Origin: a virus
Lineage: Duplodnaviria > Caudoviricetes
IMG/VR virus record: IMGVR_UViG_3300010283_000005
Span: 1 to 64,000 of that record
Reading direction: 5' to 3' (one strand)
DNA length: 64,000 nt
The translations under genes were made by a program, and so were the position numbers. This document shows positions 9,328-18,339 of the stretch, in pieces. Within the stretch, counting starts at the first letter, position 1, and every line of letters begins with the position of its first letter. A model generated the notes under the pieces. It worked only from the letters and a program-made list of their open reading frames with translations, did no database searches and was not told the DNA's origin.

Positions 9328-9573
9328 ATGACTCCAGCTCCATGCTATGATGTAGTCAATAAACAGGATTGTCCTAATCGTAAATGGTGTTTAGCTCATG
9401 GTCGATCGAAATGCGAGAAATGGGCTAAGTATGAACAAATACATAAGGCTGAGAAAGATGCTATCTATCAAGATAAGCTATTATATCAAGCAGATCGAGA
9501 AGCTGTCAAGGCTAGGAGAGATCGATATCTTAAAGCGTATACTCATGGTAGGTATCGGATCGGTAGTAACTAG
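9328..9573 (+). CDS. small Cys-rich hypothetical protein
   Basis: AGGAG SD; PC..DC..C..C pattern. Confidence 0.55.
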   Translation: MTPAPCYDVVNKQDCPNRKWCLAHGRSKCEKWAKYEQIHKAEKDAIYQDKLLYQADREAVKARRDRYLKAYTHGRYRIGSN

Positions 9574-9600
9574 ATGCTTTACTAAATTTGCTAAATATAG

Positions 9601-9630
9601 GGAGCAAATTGAGCTGACTCGACGTTTATA
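9601..9630 (+). promoter_or_regulatory. phage promoter copy
   Basis: GGAGCAAAT-N13-CGTTTATA. Confidence 0.75.
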
Positions 9631-9695
9631 CTTCTGTAAGGGTTCGAAAGTTCCCTTCGGAATTGTTGACAGAATCTAAACGGAGGTTGATCGTT

Positions 9696-10058
9696 ATGAC
9701 AGGATCAGAATTGAGAGCGTCAGTCGGGATGCAGTACTTTAATGTTTACGTTACTACAGAGTTTGAGAGCTATCCTCTCTACACAGGTGATAATGCTAAG
9801 GTAGCTATTGAGACTTGGTTCGAGGAGCAAGCTGCTCATCCGACCTGTGTATCTATCTGTGCTTCTAGTAAAGAAGCAGCTTGCATGCTGATTGACTACG
9901 CTTATTCTCGTAAGGATCTGATCGAGGATTTACATAAGTCTCATAAGAATCCCTACAAGCTTCAATACATGCTGGATTCAATCGATTCTCAGCATGCTAA
10001 TCGTTGCAGAGGATTCTTTGGTTATGGCGATCAGGTATTTCCGTTTGACTTAGCATAA
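9696..10058 (+). CDS. hypothetical protein
   Basis: GGAGG SD before ATG 9696. Confidence 0.6.
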   Translation: MTGSELRASVGMQYFNVYVTTEFESYPLYTGDNAKVAIETWFEEQAAHPTCVSICASSKEAACMLIDYAYSRKDLIEDLHKSHKNPYKLQYMLDSIDSQHANRCRGFFGYGDQVFPFDLA

Positions 10059-10070
10059 GGAGGTGTACTT

Positions 10071-10271
10071 ATGAGACGATATTCAGATCTCGATCAACTC
10101 GACGGATTAATGGCTACAGCTCCTCCTCTGGAGGTAGCTATCGCACTCAATAAGGATCGGAGAAAGTCCGAATCCAGGATGAGAGCTAGGTTATCACTCG
10201 CAGCTAATGAAGTTGCGATTGATGATAGATATTTACTTGAGGAAGGAGGACTTATGGTTGGAACGTATTAG
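10071..10271 (+). CDS. hypothetical protein
   Basis: AAGGAGG SD. Confidence 0.5.
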   Translation: MRRYSDLDQLDGLMATAPPLEVAIALNKDRRKSESRMRARLSLAANEVAIDDRYLLEEGGLMVGTY

Positions 10272-11601
10272 TATCTACCAAGGTGAGCGTATCAGCTTAG
10301 ATAAGTGCGGATCTCAGTTTCGACTCGATCTTACTAGCAACCACTGGGTAGCTTCTAAGGCTGGTAAGAAAGTGATCACTACTTATTCTGAGAAGAATAT
10401 GATTACTCAGCTCGATAAGCTGAAGGGTATCCATCCTATGCTTGATGACGAGCTCTCAGCTGCTAAGGATCGACTCATGGCATACTATATGTACGGAGAT
10501 CCTGACAGTGAGTTTGATGAGCCTGATGATATAGATCCTGCATTTCAGTACGATGATAGTACTTGGAATACAGATCAATCAGATTCTCAAGATGAACTGG
10601 ATCCTGACGAAGCTAGTCAGAGATTAGCTGCAATTGTTGAGCATAAGCCTAAGTGCTACGCTCAGCATGATGGTGACAATCGCAGATCGAGATGCTTGAT
10701 CTGTGAGCATGAAATGGAATGCAAAGCAGCAACTGCTAAGTTGCTAGCTGCTAAGAAATCTAACAAATCTACTGAAACTAGAAAGGAGAACAAATTTATG
10801 AAACAGATGGAGAATTTATTCAAGGATTTTTATCCGAGTGAGGTACCTATTGGTGAAGTTGCACTGACTATGGGAGGTCAGCTCGCAGTAAGTCGTAAGG
10901 ATGGTAGCTATGTCCGTTACAATGCAGCTACTGGTCAGATCGAGAATCAGATGAATCTGGTTATCTCTAGCTCCAAGCTCGATAAGATGTACATCCTGAT
11001 GCCGACTCAGATTGCTCAGCTTCAGGCTGGTGATATCATCAAGGAGAAAGATACCTACTATCAGGTGATCGCAATCGATGCTGCTAAGAATCGCATCAAA
11101 GCAGCTAACCTTTCCACTGGTACTGAATCCAACATCAAGATCGAGACTAACATCTTCACTGGTCAGAAGATGTATCGCAAGTTATTCAGCTTCTTCAATA
11201 TGATTCAGAATCAGCAGGGTACTGCTAATCCGATGATGGGTGGAGCTGCAGGCATGATGAATCCGATGGCTCTTATGATGCTTGACTCCTTCGGTGATTC
11301 TGGCGATGATGCTATGAAGGCTATGGCTATGATGTCCATGATGAATCCTCAGGCAGGTCAGGGCATGATGAATCCTATGATGATGTACTTCATGATGGGT
11401 GATTCTAAGGATGGCGATGGCAATGACTGGATCAAGATGATGGCTATGGGTAGCATGATGCAGCAGATGGGCGGAGCTATGAATCCGTTCAGTGGCATGA
11501 TTGGTAACCAGCAGGTACCTAGTCAGATGAACATGGATCAGTTCAAACAGGATGATGTGACTCCTCAGGATGCAACAGATGAGGATTGGGATGAGAAGTA
11601 A
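10258..11601 (+). CDS. hypothetical protein with Met-rich C-terminus and internal start at 10798
   Basis: GGAGG + TTG at 10258; second in-frame AAAGGAG + ATG at 10798; MMNPMMMYFMM tracts. Confidence 0.6.
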   Translation: MERISIYQGERISLDKCGSQFRLDLTSNHWVASKAGKKVITTYSEKNMITQLDKLKGIHPMLDDELSAAKDRLMAYYMYGDPDSEFDEPDDIDPAFQYDDSTWNTDQSDSQDELDPDEASQRLAAIVEHKPKCYAQHDGDNRRSRCLICEHEMECKAATAKLLAAKKSNKSTETRKENKFMKQMENLFKDFYPSEVPIGEVALTMGGQLAVSRKDGSYVRYNAATGQIENQMNLVISSSKLDKMYILMPTQIAQLQAGDIIKEKDTYYQVIAIDAAKNRIKAANLSTGTESNIKIETNIFTGQKMYRKLFSFFNMIQNQQGTANPMMGGAAGMMNPMALMMLDSFGDSGDDAMKAMAMMSMMNPQAGQGMMNPMMMYFMMGDSKDGDGNDWIKMMAMGSMMQQMGGAMNPFSGMIGNQQVPSQMNMDQFKQDDVTPQDATDEDWDEK

Positions 11602-11673
11602 GTCCTGATTCATCTCTCTATTAAGTAAATAGATCAATAAAGCCTTATTTATTCCTAAATTTAGCAATAAATC

Positions 11674-11703
11674 GGAGTAAATAAGGCTTTTCTTACGTTT
11701 ATA
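11674..11703 (+). promoter_or_regulatory. phage promoter copy, overlapped by an inverted repeat (11639-11690)
   Basis: GGAGTAAAT-N13-CGTTTATA; AAAGCCTTATTTATTCC / GGAGTAAATAAGGCTTT. Confidence 0.75.
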
Positions 11704-11768
11704 TCTGTGTAAGGTCGGGAGTTGGGACCTTGATTGCGATAGAAATTTTACTTAAAGGAGAGATTGAT

Positions 11769-12080
11769 ATGACACGTAAAGTACTTCATCGAATTAACAT
11801 TGCAATTGGAATCACTAGGCTAGTAGGAATGGGTACCATTGCCGTAGGAGCATTTATTTGCATCGGTACTGTAGGAACCTCTGATCTCGAAGCTGAGCTG
11901 ATGACTATCCTTCATCCATACTCCTGGTATGTACTCCATGAAGCAATCGGAATGGGTCTGGTAATGGTAGGTCTCGGAGTCGTCAAGTCCTGCCGCCCAT
12001 TGTGGAGATGGATCAAGCGTACAAATTACATATGGGAGCTTGGTAAGCGTGCATATCATGAAGAAAGAGGTGAGTACTAA
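11769..12080 (+). CDS. membrane protein (2 predicted TM segments)
   Basis: AAAGGAG SD; two hydrophobic segments. Confidence 0.6.
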   Translation: MTRKVLHRINIAIGITRLVGMGTIAVGAFICIGTVGTSDLEAELMTILHPYSWYVLHEAIGMGLVMVGLGVVKSCRPLWRWIKRTNYIWELGKRAYHEERGEY

Positions 12081-12802
12081 TGGCTAAGAAGCGAGACATC
12101 CGAGTGACAATTCAGAATCTGCTGAATCTAGCAAATAACAAGGGAGCTACTGAAGCTGAAGCTCAGGCTGCACTTCTTAAAGCTAAGGAGCTCATGATGA
12201 AGTACAACCTTGATCAGGTCGAAATTGAGAAATCTGCTGAAGGTACTACTCATCGTGATGTCCAGTCTTATAAGACTGATGTCACTTTCAGTAAACAGGT
12301 AGAACCTTGGATTGCTGACCTTGCTGAGCTGATTGCTAAGAATTCCAGGTGTGAGTCCTGCTTCACTCATCGAGGAAATGCGAAACGTAGAACCATCAAG
12401 TTCTACGGATACGATGAAGATCTGCAGATCTGCACCATCATGTTTAACTATGCTCTGTACTGTATCTGGTCCAAGTTTCCTGAGATTCGTAAGAAGTACA
12501 AGGACCAGTATGGCATGAATATCAAGCAGTGCAGACCTTATACTGATAGCTATGCTATCGGATTCATTTATGGAATGAGGGATGCATTCAATCGTCAGTA
12601 TGAGGAGCATAAGGAGGAATTGGGACTAGTAGCGATCACTCCTACCGCAGTCACGGAATATCTTAACCAGCGTTGTACCACCATTGACTTGGATACCAAT
12701 CCTAACTTCATCGATCCAAAGATGTATCGTGATGGAGTAGAAGATGGTAAGAAGTGGGCACCTAATAAAGCGATTTCTACTTCAGAAGTTGCTACTGTAT
12801 AG
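12080..12802 (+). CDS. DUF2786-domain protein
   Basis: IQNLLNLA...TEAEAQAALLKAKELMMKYNL N-terminus; SYAIGF motif. Confidence 0.75.
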   Translation: MAKKRDIRVTIQNLLNLANNKGATEAEAQAALLKAKELMMKYNLDQVEIEKSAEGTTHRDVQSYKTDVTFSKQVEPWIADLAELIAKNSRCESCFTHRGNAKRRTIKFYGYDEDLQICTIMFNYALYCIWSKFPEIRKKYKDQYGMNIKQCRPYTDSYAIGFIYGMRDAFNRQYEEHKEELGLVAITPTAVTEYLNQRCTTIDLDTNPNFIDPKMYRDGVEDGKKWAPNKAISTSEVATV

Positions 12803-12818
12803 AAAGGAGGAGCATAGT

Positions 12819-13628
12819 ATGCTTGTAGAAATTACTTACGCATGCAAGATGAATTGCTCGCATTGTATGTCAGACTGTAAGCCTGACGGTGAGAACATGA
12901 CTCTCGAAGTTCTCGAAGATACCCTTAAATTTATGAGAAGGAATCGAATTCCTACTTGGACTTTCTCAGGAGGGGAGATGTTCGAGCATCCTCAGATTCT
13001 TGATGCACTGAAGCTGATCGAATTCTACTGGAGCACTTCTCTTGATAAGTATCCAATCACCTTCATTACTAATGGTCGTGAACTGGTGAGAAATCGAGAT
13101 ATCTATAATGCTGTATCTGATCTGCAAGGTAGATACAGCAGAAAGCTAGTACTGATTCAGGTCACTGATGATCCTAGGTACTATCCTGATCTGCTCACCT
13201 CTAAGGAGAAGTACTGGCTATCTAAGCTCGGAGCTATCATCGAACCAGTTCCATCTAATCCTAATGATAAAGATAGATGCTTGTATCCTCAGGGCAGAGC
13301 ACTCATCAATCATCCTGATTCTAAATGGAATACAATAGGACCTAAATGCGCTAATTGTATCCTGATCACTAAGCAGCAACCTAGTATCTCATTCTCAGGA
13401 TTAGTTAATACGCTCTTAGCTCATGGCAAGGTCTGTACTCCAGTGATTGCTCCTGATGGCAGTATCAAAATCGGAGAATCTGCATTATGCCCATCAGTAG
13501 CTTCTATCTATGATTCTGATTCAGAAATCATTTCTAAGATTAGCAAGAGTGGATGTCGAGCTTGCAAGATTCCTTGGAAGATTCTTGAAGCATCGAATCC
13601 TGCTGCCTATAATATACTTAACAATTAA
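12819..13628 (+). CDS. radical SAM protein
   Basis: CKMNCSHC (CxxxCxxC), SGGE, ITNG; C-terminal Cys cluster. Confidence 0.85.
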   Translation: MLVEITYACKMNCSHCMSDCKPDGENMTLEVLEDTLKFMRRNRIPTWTFSGGEMFEHPQILDALKLIEFYWSTSLDKYPITFITNGRELVRNRDIYNAVSDLQGRYSRKLVLIQVTDDPRYYPDLLTSKEKYWLSKLGAIIEPVPSNPNDKDRCLYPQGRALINHPDSKWNTIGPKCANCILITKQQPSISFSGLVNTLLAHGKVCTPVIAPDGSIKIGESALCPSVASIYDSDSEIISKISKSGCRACKIPWKILEASNPAAYNILNN

Positions 13629-13642
13629 GGAGGATAACACTT

Positions 13643-14098
13643 ATGAAACTGGATGCTAAACGATTACAGGAACTGATTCTTGATTCTATGGAGCCTAGGA
13701 CTGATCCTTAGAAGACTATCATTGCTGAGGGTGTCGTACATACCTTCGGATTCAATGCGGATAAGTTGGCTACTCATAAGAAGGAAATTATCGATCTCCT
13801 GAATGAACTCCCTGATAATTTCAAGGAAGAAGTAGGTGGCGGATGGAGCTTCATTCAGGCTTGTGTATATAAGAATGGCAATCACTGGGGTGAACATCAT
13901 AGCATGGAAGAACTGCTCTGCTTAGGCATTGCAATCGGTCGAGTCAAGTGCCTTATGCCTAAGGATATGTGGAGCATTCTCCCTGGAGGAGTTCCTTACT
14001 ATGCTATCTGCAAGGAGGATCAGCCTGTTATCAATGAAGTGGAGTATCGAAAGTCTCATACGGATATTGAAGATACCCACTACGAAGATGAATTCTAA
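13643..14098 (+). pseudogene. hypothetical gene interrupted by an in-frame TAG (13709-13711)
   Basis: AAGGAGG SD + ATG 13643 is in frame with ORF 13766-14098 apart from one TAG. Confidence 0.6.
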
Positions 14099-14239
14099 GA
14101 CCTTCTAGAAGCCTCGTAGACGGCTTAATTTCACAGGCGAAGGGGCGGAAGGGGAAGCTGCTAGAAGCCTTCTGAGGGCGAATAAACGCTTATAGAAGGC
14201 GGATTTAACGGGCATGTCCACTTCCGAAACCCTTAGGTT

Positions 14240-14269
14240 GGAGGTAGGTTTATCTCACATACGTTTACA
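14240..14269 (+). promoter_or_regulatory. phage promoter copy (variant)
   Basis: GGAGGTAGG-N13-CGTTTACA. Confidence 0.55.
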
Positions 14270-14292
14270 ATTTAGAAAGGAGGACTTAGCAT

Positions 14293-14541
14293 ATGAAAGT
14301 ATGGATTATTGCTTACATAGTGGTAGCAATTATCGTATTTGTAGCTACATGCGTACTTATCGAGATCAGTGCTAGTGACGTAGATCGAGCATTATCTACT
14401 GCACTCAATAAGCCACTCATCGACTAAAAGAAAGCATTGCTGGTATCAGCTCTATGGATACTTGCACTTGCATACCTGATTCTGCTATTCATCGTGGAAT
14501 TAATTAGCAGAATTATCATCAATCGTATAAAGGATAAATAA
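14293..14541 (+). pseudogene. 2-TM membrane protein gene interrupted by an in-frame TAA (14425-14427)
   Basis: SD + ATG 14293; a second hydrophobic helix continues in frame after the stop. Confidence 0.5.
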
Positions 14542-14543
14542 TT

Positions 14544-15098
14544 ATGAAGAAAGTAAGTTGGAAGATGATACTCATTGTTGTAGGTATCGTCGCAGCAGTA
14601 GCATTGTGTGGAGTAGCAATCGGAATTCATGCAGAAAATCGTTGCTACTCAATGGAAGAACAGATTTCAGAATCTAAGTCTGGAATCGATATTCAGCTGA
14701 AGAATCGTAATGATTCTATCAGACAGCTAGTTCAAGTAGTCGAGCAGTTCAGCTCTCAGGAATCTAAGATTGTGGATTCAGTGACTGAAGCTCGAGCTCA
14801 GCTTAATAGTGGCGATGCTACTGGAGCACTTAAGACTCTGAATGTAGTAGTTGAGAATTACCCTGAGATTACATCAGGAGAGCAGTACTCCAAGTTGTCG
14901 ATTACAATTACTACTTGTGAGCAGCAGATTGCAAACTATCGAGATAACTATAATCAGCAGGTCAAGGCTTATCGAAAGTATGTACGTAATCCTTTGAATA
15001 AGTTCATTCTGGATTTCATAGGTTATGATCCGATCGATGCTCAGTATCTTGAATTTGATCCACTATGGAGGAGGATGAACATTTCATTATGCGAGTAA
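14544..15098 (+). CDS. lemA: LemA family protein
   Basis: N-terminal TM; IDIQLKNR.D.I.QLV, VVENYPEI, EQQIA..R..YN..V..Y motifs. Confidence 0.85.
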   Translation: MKKVSWKMILIVVGIVAAVALCGVAIGIHAENRCYSMEEQISESKSGIDIQLKNRNDSIRQLVQVVEQFSSQESKIVDSVTEARAQLNSGDATGALKTLNVVVENYPEITSGEQYSKLSITITTCEQQIANYRDNYNQQVKAYRKYVRNPLNKFILDFIGYDPIDAQYLEFDPLWRRMNISLCE

Positions 15099-15739
15099 TC
15101 ATATCGAGTGATAATCGAGCAGTATCTAATGAGCTGATCGATTACATCAAATCTCATCGGAAATTATTTCAGCTAGTTACAGGTATGGCTGAGAGCAGTA
15201 CTGAAGTAAGAATGCGACTAATATTCCTGGAAATTGACAATGAGACTGAGAGATTCTTCCAGTCTCATAATCATGGGTACGATTCCTATGAGGATATGGC
15301 TAAGGATTATGATACTCTGATGGAGTACTGGTCAGAATTCTTAGACTACATGGATAATCTACTGAATCGTACTATTGCTAAGAATATAATCTACATCATG
15401 AATAAGGGATTTGCTGATTTCTTAGTAGAATTCACCTTGGAGTACATGAATGGTACTTATGGACAGAGATCTAAGTATCAGCAATTTTATAATAAATCAT
15501 TAGCTAGATTACTTGAATTCATCCCTGAAGGTATCTATTTCAGATCTAATGAATACAGTACTGAGTCTGATTTACCTGAATCCACTTCTAGATCCTGGTT
15601 CCTAATAGCTAATACTCCCATCTTCAGCACAATTACTACTAAATCAGTTATGTTATCAGGAGATACTGAAACTAGATTTGCTAAAGTAATCAATACTATT
15701 AGAGATAATCTAGATAATGGTATGTACTTGTTTAAGTAA
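15065..15739 (+). CDS. hypothetical protein (start uncertain)
   Basis: 224-aa ORF overlapping the end of lemA. Confidence 0.5.
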   Translation: MEEDEHFIMRVIISSDNRAVSNELIDYIKSHRKLFQLVTGMAESSTEVRMRLIFLEIDNETERFFQSHNHGYDSYEDMAKDYDTLMEYWSEFLDYMDNLLNRTIAKNIIYIMNKGFADFLVEFTLEYMNGTYGQRSKYQQFYNKSLARLLEFIPEGIYFRSNEYSTESDLPESTSRSWFLIANTPIFSTITTKSVMLSGDTETRFAKVINTIRDNLDNGMYLFK

Positions 15740-15757
15740 TCTACTTCAGTACTTATT

Positions 15758-15851
15758 ACAAAGGGTGAATTACCTTACCTTAAAAAGTATATAATAAGTA
15801 TATTATAATAATTATAATTATAAATAGATTAGTTATTATATAGATTAATAG
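15758..15851 (+). repeat. 26-bp conserved box plus AT-rich tract, copy 2 of 3
   Basis: ACAAAGGGTGAATTACCTTACCTTAA followed by an A/T tract. Confidence 0.65.
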
Positions 15852-15904
15852 TTCAGTAGTACTAATGAAATATAGAATTGATACATCAGGCAGCTGAATC
15901 ATGA

Positions 15905-15934
15905 GGAGTCATTAGGACTAAATATACGTTTATA
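15905..15934 (+). promoter_or_regulatory. phage promoter copy
   Basis: GGAGTCATT-N13-CGTTTATA. Confidence 0.75.
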
Positions 15935-15994
15935 CTTCTGTAAGGGTTGAAATCCTTACATTGGTGATAGAATCTAGACTGGAGGTTAGATGAA

Positions 15995-17131
15995 ATGAGC
16001 AAATATGAATTAAGCATTAGTGCTGACTACGTTCCTACATGGGGAGTAGTTGAAGGAGCTAGAGAATTCTTTCAGAATGCACTTGATGAGCAGGTAGCTG
16101 ATCCTGAGAATAAGATGTTCTTTGAGTATGACAAGGATGAGGGTACCCTGCGAATCGGTAACAAATTGAGTACGCTTGACATTCAGACTCTCTTATTTGG
16201 TAAGAGTAGTAAGCCTGAGAATTCAGGAATGATCGGTAGATTTGGTGAGGGATATAAGATTGCTACCATAGTCTTCCTGAGAAATGGTAAGGAAGTTACC
16301 TTCTACAATTACTGTTCACGAGAGATCTGGCATACTCGGTTGGTCAAGTCTCGTAGATACCAAGGTGCATTAGTCCCTACGTTCTTCGTTGATAAGGTCA
16401 AGATTTGGGATAAAGTTCCTGAGAATAGCTTGATCATCGAAATTAAGGGGATCACTCCTGAGGAGTACGAATCGATTCAGGAATCTAATCTCTGGCTTCA
16501 GGGATTCTACGATGGTACTCATGAATCTGAATATCATGATACCAGTTATGGTAAGATTCTTCTCAAGGATGAATACAAGCATAAGTTGTTCGTGTCAGGA
16601 TTGTTCGTGTGTGAGCATGATGATCTGAAGTATGGCTATGATGTGCATCCTGATCAGATCAAGCTTGATCGAGATCGAGGTTTGGTCTCTGATATCGACC
16701 TTGCATTCTTGACTTCTCGTATGTGGACTTCCTACTCGTTAGGTAAGCCTGCAGCAGTTGATGCGGATACCCTGTCAGTAGTGGAAGCATTTGATGGCAA
16801 GTACATGCACTACTCGGCTTCTTCTGATTTAAAGAGTCAGGTAGCTAACGACTTCATCAAGGAGAATGGTCCTAAGGCAGTACCTGTAAGTACTCAGGAA
16901 GAAGCAGATCAGATGACTAAGCTGGATCTCAAGCCTGTGTATGTTACTGAGAATAAGAAGAATCTGATCACTACTTCAGAAGAATTCCAGTCCAATCAGA
17001 TTGGATACAAGATTAAGACTCTGTGGGATCGACTCAAGGATTTAGCCGATTCTGTGGATGATCGATTGACTGAAGATGAAAGATCTGAATTCGAGTACAT
17101 CTTGGAGAAATCCAGATGGATCCTCAACTAA
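15995..17131 (+). CDS. GHKL (HATPase/Hsp90-like) ATPase-domain protein
   Basis: REFFQNALD N-box; GKSSK; IGRFGEGYKIA G-box. Confidence 0.8.
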   Translation: MSKYELSISADYVPTWGVVEGAREFFQNALDEQVADPENKMFFEYDKDEGTLRIGNKLSTLDIQTLLFGKSSKPENSGMIGRFGEGYKIATIVFLRNGKEVTFYNYCSREIWHTRLVKSRRYQGALVPTFFVDKVKIWDKVPENSLIIEIKGITPEEYESIQESNLWLQGFYDGTHESEYHDTSYGKILLKDEYKHKLFVSGLFVCEHDDLKYGYDVHPDQIKLDRDRGLVSDIDLAFLTSRMWTSYSLGKPAAVDADTLSVVEAFDGKYMHYSASSDLKSQVANDFIKENGPKAVPVSTQEEADQMTKLDLKPVYVTENKKNLITTSEEFQSNQIGYKIKTLWDRLKDLADSVDDRLTEDERSEFEYILEKSRWILN

Positions 17132-17167
17132 TACTGGATATAGACCTATAAGGAGGTGCTAAGGTTT

Positions 17168-17464
17168 ATGAAGAATTCTACGTGTAAAATATCAGTAGCT
17201 TCCGATGGTAAGCTTCTGAGTACTTCAACTGTGCCAGCTATCAGAGGTTACGAAGCTGTCAAGTCACTGTCCTACAATTATGACAGTGATTCTGATCGAA
17301 CTAGCTTGGAGATTAAGGCTAGTCGACGCATCAAAGATTTAGGAAGGCTAATCGCATCAGTCCTTCGCTATGGTAATCCTGATGGATCCCGCATCGATGT
17401 CACTTTCAAGATAGTTCCTAGAATTGGACTACTTAGCAAACTGACTAGATGTCGCATAGGTTAA
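17168..17464 (+). CDS. hypothetical protein
   Basis: AAGGAGGT SD. Confidence 0.5.
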   Translation: MKNSTCKISVASDGKLLSTSTVPAIRGYEAVKSLSYNYDSDSDRTSLEIKASRRIKDLGRLIASVLRYGNPDGSRIDVTFKIVPRIGLLSKLTRCRIG

Positions 17465-17514
17465 TAAGTAGGAATCACTCCTTCTGCGGTGCGATTAGTA
17501 GGAGGAGTGATTTA

Positions 17515-17826
17515 ATGTCAAATATAAGGTACAATAATTCGATGTACGAGATTAAGTATACTAGGTATCCTAAGAATAGGAGATTTAAGGTTCAGCTGAT
17601 CAAGAATCCAGATATACATACTCATGTCAGATCTCTGAAAGAAGCTATTGATCTAGCTAACTATGCTAAGTACAATCATATTCCTGAGGGAGCTAAGGCT
17701 GATTACCTGTATAGTTTGTATCGTATATCAACTAGTCGTAGAACTCGAGTAGCAATCGAACTTATTATCGATAAGCAACTCACTCAGAAAGGTAAGGTGA
17801 ATGATTATGACTTCAGCCGTACTTAG
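17515..17826 (+). CDS. hypothetical basic protein
   Basis: GGAGGAG SD before ATG 17515. Confidence 0.5.
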   Translation: MSNIRYNNSMYEIKYTRYPKNRRFKVQLIKNPDIHTHVRSLKEAIDLANYAKYNHIPEGAKADYLYSLYRISTSRRTRVAIELIIDKQLTQKGKVNDYDFSRT

Positions 17827-17971
17827 TGCTATCTTGCTGGTGCTAGTATTTATCTTCTTGCTAGGACTGATTGGTGAGAAGGGTATGAGTGGCAAGAAAT
17901 TGTATGCGGTCATGCTGATAGCTACCTTAGCTATCTTAGTATTTGTTGCACTGAAATAATTTCTGCACTCC

Positions 17972-18001
17972 GGAGCAAATCAACCTGAGAAAGCGTTTAT
18001 A
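17972..18001 (+). promoter_or_regulatory. phage promoter upstream of the ncRNA + DUF2828 unit
   Basis: GGAGCAAAT-N13-CGTTTATA followed by a UUCG hairpin. Confidence 0.75.
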
Positions 18002-18026
18002 CTTCTGTAAGGTTGCTTCGGTAACC

Positions 18027-18200
18027 TGGCTTCCTTCAAGTGAATAAATTTCTTAAGCGCATTGGGGAGTACAGTGGCAGTCTGGTTCAAGGTTAATTCC
18101 TACTGCCGACTAGAACTTCGGTTCTGATAATCAAAATGATTGAGATGGGTGCTCAATCAAAACCTTCATGATGGGACTTACCACTCCCCGTAAGTAGCCA
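18027..18200 (+). ncRNA. unassigned structured RNA
   Basis: stems GGGGAGT/ACTCCCC, GGCAGT/ACTGCC, AGAAC-TTCG-GTTCT, TGATTGAG/CTCAATCA; no ORF. Confidence 0.5.
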
Positions 18201-18210
18201 TTCTTGCTAT

Positions 18211-18333
18211 GGAGAAGTAGCTCAGCTGGTAGAGCAACGTATGAGAATGCTTCTAGGTTTAGAAGCTAACTGCAACTACTAAAACAAATGCATTGTAAGC
18301 CGTAGGTCAGAGGTTCGAGTCCTCTCTTCTCCA
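18211..18333 (+). ncRNA. tRNA-like RNA with a 50-nt insert in the anticodon arm (residual UGU loop)
   Basis: acceptor GGAGAAG/CTTCTCC, D-arm GCTC/GAGC, T-arm AGAGG-TTCGAGT-CCTCT; insert = GGTT hairpin + TAACTGCAA. Confidence 0.8.
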
Positions 18334-18339
18334 CTTTAT

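Noticed and set aside
13709-13711. Genome-wide TAG recoding (genetic code 15)
   Set aside because: Long genes are intact under code 11, several genes end in TAG directly before the next SD or promoter, and no CUA-anticodon tRNA is in the window.
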